From IMG/VR virus record IMGVR_UViG_3300032038_000052, positions 14,613 through 78,612 of that record: a stretch of 64,000 nt of DNA; one strand, given 5' to 3'. The stretch comes from a virus. Lineage: Duplodnaviria > Caudoviricetes. The notes under the pieces were generated by a model. That model had not been told where the DNA came from, made no database searches, and saw only the letters and a list, made by a program, of their open reading frames with translations. Each line of letters starts with the position of its first letter. Within the stretch, counting starts at the first letter, position 1. The position numbers and the translations under genes were made by a program. Below, in pieces: positions 60,150 through 64,000 of this stretch.

Positions 60150-61414
60150 GTGATGTCACCAATTTAATATACAATGGAGATTTTTCAAAAGGAACTGATA
60201 GTTGGAGTGGATCTGGAGTAACTGTATCTAATGGTGTATTGACTGTTACTGGAGATTTAATATAGAGTGGTGGATATCATATTCCAGTTTCTTCCAATAG
60301 ACGATATAGAATATCTTTCGATATAAAATTTAATACAGTAAGTGGGACATCTTCATTTTATATTGCGTTAAGACCTTATGATAATAAGAAAGCATCTATT
60401 GGTATTGCCTCAACAAATAAGCCATATGGAGCAAAAACAAATACTACCTTGGCAGCAGAATTAAAACCAGGAGATACAACTGTAACTCTCACTAGTTCTG
60501 CTAATTGGCCAACAAATAGAACTTATCAAAGGGTCGGAATATGTGAAAATAAAGCTTGGGGATACGGAAGAGCTATTGCTACATATTCATATTCATCTAT
60601 TTCTGGGAACGTTATTACATTGAAATCAGCTTATTCTGGAACGGTAACTTATCCAGCTGGGACAAAAGTTGCTGAATTTGAAGATGGGTCAACATATTAC
60701 TACCCAATCTATTTTAGTGGGAGTAATCGCACAACTGATTGGAAAACATGGTCGGCTGAGTTTAATGGTGGGAATAACATGAGGTATTCATGTTAGTATT
60801 TTATATTTTCGACACTAGGGTATTCTCATAATTATTCATTGAGAAATCTACGAATAGAATGTATTTCTGATTATTAGGAATGCCATAAACGTGACTATGA
60901 AATATCTCCACAATTCTATAAAACAGGAATTATTCAAGCCCCATTTTTTAATGAGGTTGGGATGGATATAAGATATGTTAGGGACACCACAAATGGAAGT
61001 ACGGCTAATGCCAATAGTCATTGGTGCGAGTTCTAGGTATTTAATGATGTTGGTGAAAATATAGCCTGGGGACGTGATGTTAAAATTGACAGCACAAACT
61101 ATAGCAATAGTGTTATAACAGATGGTATTGTTAATAGCGCTTACATTGGGACAAGTAGTGGATCACATTCGCTGATATTTGATATCGGGTTTGTTGAGCA
61201 TGTAACAAAAATCAAGATTTGGCATTACTATCCAGATGGCAGAACTTACCATTCAAACGTAACAGAAGTATCAGTAGATGGGACGAATTGGTTTACGGTT
61301 TATCAAGGCGAAAAGCCAGAAACATCTGCTGGAAATGAAATAATCCTATCTCCTGCTTATATGAGTATTTACAAAAGTGGGGATATTTGGGCTAATGAAT
61401 TTATAGAGTATTAA
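60146..61414 (+). CDS. CBM-like plus F5/8 type C (discoidin)-like protein; TAG=Gln; 422 aa
   Basis: NLIYNGDFSKG N-terminus; IRYVRDTTNGSTANANSHWCEFQV...KIWHYYPDGRTY...SVDGTNW C-terminus. Confidence 0.7.
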
Positions 61415-61445
61415 AGAGCGGTCAACCACCGCTCTATTTTTATTA
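61415..61445 (+). terminator. Rho-independent terminator
   Basis: AGAGCGGT / ACCGCTCT followed by ATTTTTATT. Confidence 0.7.
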
Positions 61446-61464
61446 TAGAAAGGAAGGTGACGCA

Positions 61465-61758
61465 GTGGCTACTACAACTGTATTAGAAAATGTTGTTGCA
61501 GATTCGGTATAGACAGAAGAACTGAATTCTGGAAATCTGATTGTCCGTGGTGCGGCAAAGTTTGTAAACCCTATCTATGCGGAAATTCATGGGTCATAGG
61601 ATATAAACCAGGTTGTAAACGGAACTGTCGCAAATAATGCGTATGTTCTATTCTCAAATGGGACAAATCTTTTCAAAGTAAGCTACGCCGATCTGATATA
61701 GGACTTATCAACGAAGGTTAGTGTCACCTTCGCAGATTCGGAAGGAGTTGGATACTGA
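61465..61758 (+). CDS. Hypothetical protein; TAG=Gln; 97 aa
   Basis: GTG start after GGAAGGTG; 3 TAG; TGA overlaps the next ATG. Confidence 0.6.
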
Positions 61759-63536
61759 TGAGTAAAGTGTTAATAGATGACAGATATCTCACGGATATTG
61801 CCAACTCCATCCGTAAGAAAAGAGGAACACATGATTTAATTACTACCGACAGTATGGCTGCGGAGATTTTGAATGCTGAAATCGCTTCAAACCCAGATGA
61901 AAAGTGGGTAAGACCAGATGATTGGCCTGATTATTCTACTATTGATATAACTAGTTTTGAGGGGATGTATTTTACATACGACACTAGTCAAGCAGACCAT
62001 TATGATGAATGGGTCGGCATTTATTGTGCGTGCTCCGGCGGATATAAAGTAGAACGAGGGCAAATTGTTAATGGAGCATTCTAGGTATAGGCGACTACAA
62101 CTAAAGCTAGTGGAGCGGTATTTGAGGAATGGATTGAATCTACGATTACTGGATATGTTGTATATCGTGTTACAGCTGCGACAGCTGGGTAGCCGATTAC
62201 GAGCATTGGACTGCGTGATATGACAGCAACATTGAGGACGGATGGAAGGACAAATAGAACATATTCATACTAGCCATTAGTGGAGAGATATGGACGGCTT
62301 CCGAATTTAACAACATTCTCAAACTGGGGGAATTTTTTTGTATAGTCTGATACGATCTTAGACTTGAAGAAACTTACAAGTTTAGGTTTTGTTTGGGGAA
62401 ATTGCTATAATATAGAGAACATTGATATAACTGGGTATAATTCTGAAGTAACTTCATTATCATAGACATTTTATTGCTGTAGGAGACTTAGATATCTTAA
62501 TGAGAGTGATAAATTCGTTACTTCGAAATGCACGACAATGTATTGTGCGTTCAATGAATGTTATATGCTTAAGTTTTTAGATTGTAGTGATTGGGATACA
62601 AGCAACGTCACAAGAATGGATAATCTTTTCACCTCATGTTGGACTTTATAGAAAGCAGATGTTTCGAAGTGGAATATAAGTAAAGTAACTATAATGACTA
62701 ATATATTTAATGGTTGTTATTTATTAAAAACGATTGACGTGTCAAGGTGGGTAGTAACTTTGCCTACGAGTTTTGGGGCCATATTTAATGCTTGTGCATC
62801 TGTAGAAGAACTTGATTTATCTGGATTTGATTCAACAAACGTTACTAGTTTTTCTTCAATGTTTAGCGGTTGCACTAATCTGAAATCGCTTGATTTGTCT
62901 CATTTTAACACATCAAAAGTTACGACTATGTATTACATGTTTAATGCTTGTCGAAATTTGGAGCATTTGGATGTGTCTCATTTCGATACATCAAAGGTAA
63001 CAGATTTCAGATGTATGTTCCAATATACTATAAACCTGAAAGAATTGGATATCTCGAATTTCAGCTTTGAATCGGCGATATATATCAATTCGTTTTGTTG
63101 GAATACGAGTGCCAGAATTAAATCTTTACCGCTTATTAGCAATTTGACATCAGGCAGAGTTACTAGCAGTTATGCAGATTATGCTTTTGGGTATATGATG
63201 TCACTACAAGAAATGGACTTGACTGGGTTTGATTTAAGCGGGGTTACTGCGCCCAGCTATGTTTTTAGATATAACTATAGTATGGAGAAATGTATTCTTC
63301 CAGTTTCATTGCATTATATAGCTTAGTATTTCTTCGGTGACTGCCGAAATTTGAAAACAATTGTTATGCCATCGACAACGCTTGTAACATTAACAAACAC
63401 AAACGCATTTTCTGGAGCAAATCGTGCAAAGACAATTTATGTCCCAGATAATCTCGTTGCCTCCTATAGGACGGCAACTAACTGGAAGAGCCTTACGAAT
63501 GTTACTTTCGCAGGGCTTTCAACATATACATGGTAA
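61758..63536 (+). CDS. BspA-type leucine-rich-repeat protein (DUF285/LRR_5-like); TAG=Gln; 592 aa
   Basis: Repeats such as LDLSGFDSTNVTSFSSMFSGCTNLKSLDLSHFNTSKVTTMYYMFNAC; ends TIYVPDNLVASYRTATNW. Confidence 0.85.
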
Positions 63537-63576
63537 TTATAAATATTTGTTTATGGAAAGATGGAGGATAATCGAT

Positions 63577-63999
63577 ATGATTATAACAGCGAAATTAAAT
63601 AACGATGATAGTAAGGTATACTATCTTGTATCTTGGAACTCGCAGGATTTTGCGAACACTATGACAATTAAAGTACAAGGTAATGACTTATAGAAAGTAA
63701 GCAACGATTTTTCTGAGATTACGAAGCTTGAGATTTTCCAAGATGGTAATCTTATTGCAACATATTTGGATTTAGATACATTTACTGAGTTAAGTTATCT
63801 GAAGAATGAATACTGCCCAGGCGAAAGCAAATTCTGTGATGCGTTTAGACTTCAGTTAACGAAGATTGATATTGTGGCACAGGTTCAAAGACTTGACGAG
63901 CAAATTAATCCAGTTATAGATATTGATAAGATGACGCTGGAAGAAGTAAAAGCTTGGAAGGTTAAGGAACTTGGGGAAGTTTGTAGGGCGGAGATATCT
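63577..63999 (+). CDS. 3'-partial hypothetical protein (DUF4376-like tail-associated, tentative); TAG=Gln
   Basis: GGAGG RBS; open to the window end; TLEEVKAWKVKELGEVCRAEI motif. Confidence 0.55.
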
Positions 64000-64000
64000 G

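Noticed and set aside
46809-63536. Diversity-generating retroelement acting on the fibre or LRR genes
   Set aside because: No reverse transcriptase and no TR/VR pair differing at adenines were seen here; one elsewhere in the genome is not excluded.
3108-63999. Fragmented ORFs read as a decayed prophage or pseudogenes
   Set aside because: The breaks are exclusively TAG, frames are preserved over many kb, and a CUA tRNA is present.
1-64000. Other minus-strand and alternate-frame ORFs in the track (e.g. 8872..9396, 35768..36328, 19351..19656)
   Set aside because: They overlap well-supported + strand genes or structured leaders and have no motifs.
1-64000. TGA recoding in addition to TAG
   Set aside because: TGA ends many genes, often overlapping the next ATG, and was not seen inside reconstructed genes.

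Overview
The whole window is the + strand morphogenesis region of a very large, SPbeta-like siphophage, most likely infecting gut Bacillota/Clostridia (inferred from AGGAGG RBSs and SPbeta yon/yom-like gene order). It uses an alternative genetic code in which TAG = Gln (code 15). The supplied ORF track is therefore fragmented. With TAG read as Gln the fragments join in frame into complete genes that all end in TAA or TGA. Gene order: ClpP-like protease, YonK-like gene, metallophosphoesterase, putative TerS, TerL, portal, prohead protease/scaffold, decoration protein, major capsid, neck genes, major tail protein, an accessory block (IscS, amber-suppressor tRNA-CUA, HNH nuclease, RuvC-like resolvase), a ~5,359-aa tape measure protein, Dit, a ~1,506-aa tail tip protein, fibre proteins of ~829 aa and ~3,021 aa, two paralogous LamG proteins, a discoidin-like protein and a BspA-type LRR protein. 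The strongest candidate for an undescribed system is a pair of parallel cassettes, each hairpin - tRNA(-like) - ~100-nt structured leader - homing-type endonuclease. One carries the suppressor tRNA. The other carries an anticodon-deleted tRNA next to an I-Ssp6803I-like nuclease. The tape measure protein also contains a candidate ADP-ribosyltransferase-like domain. All coordinates, translations and counts were done by hand and family names come from motif recognition; no database searches were run.
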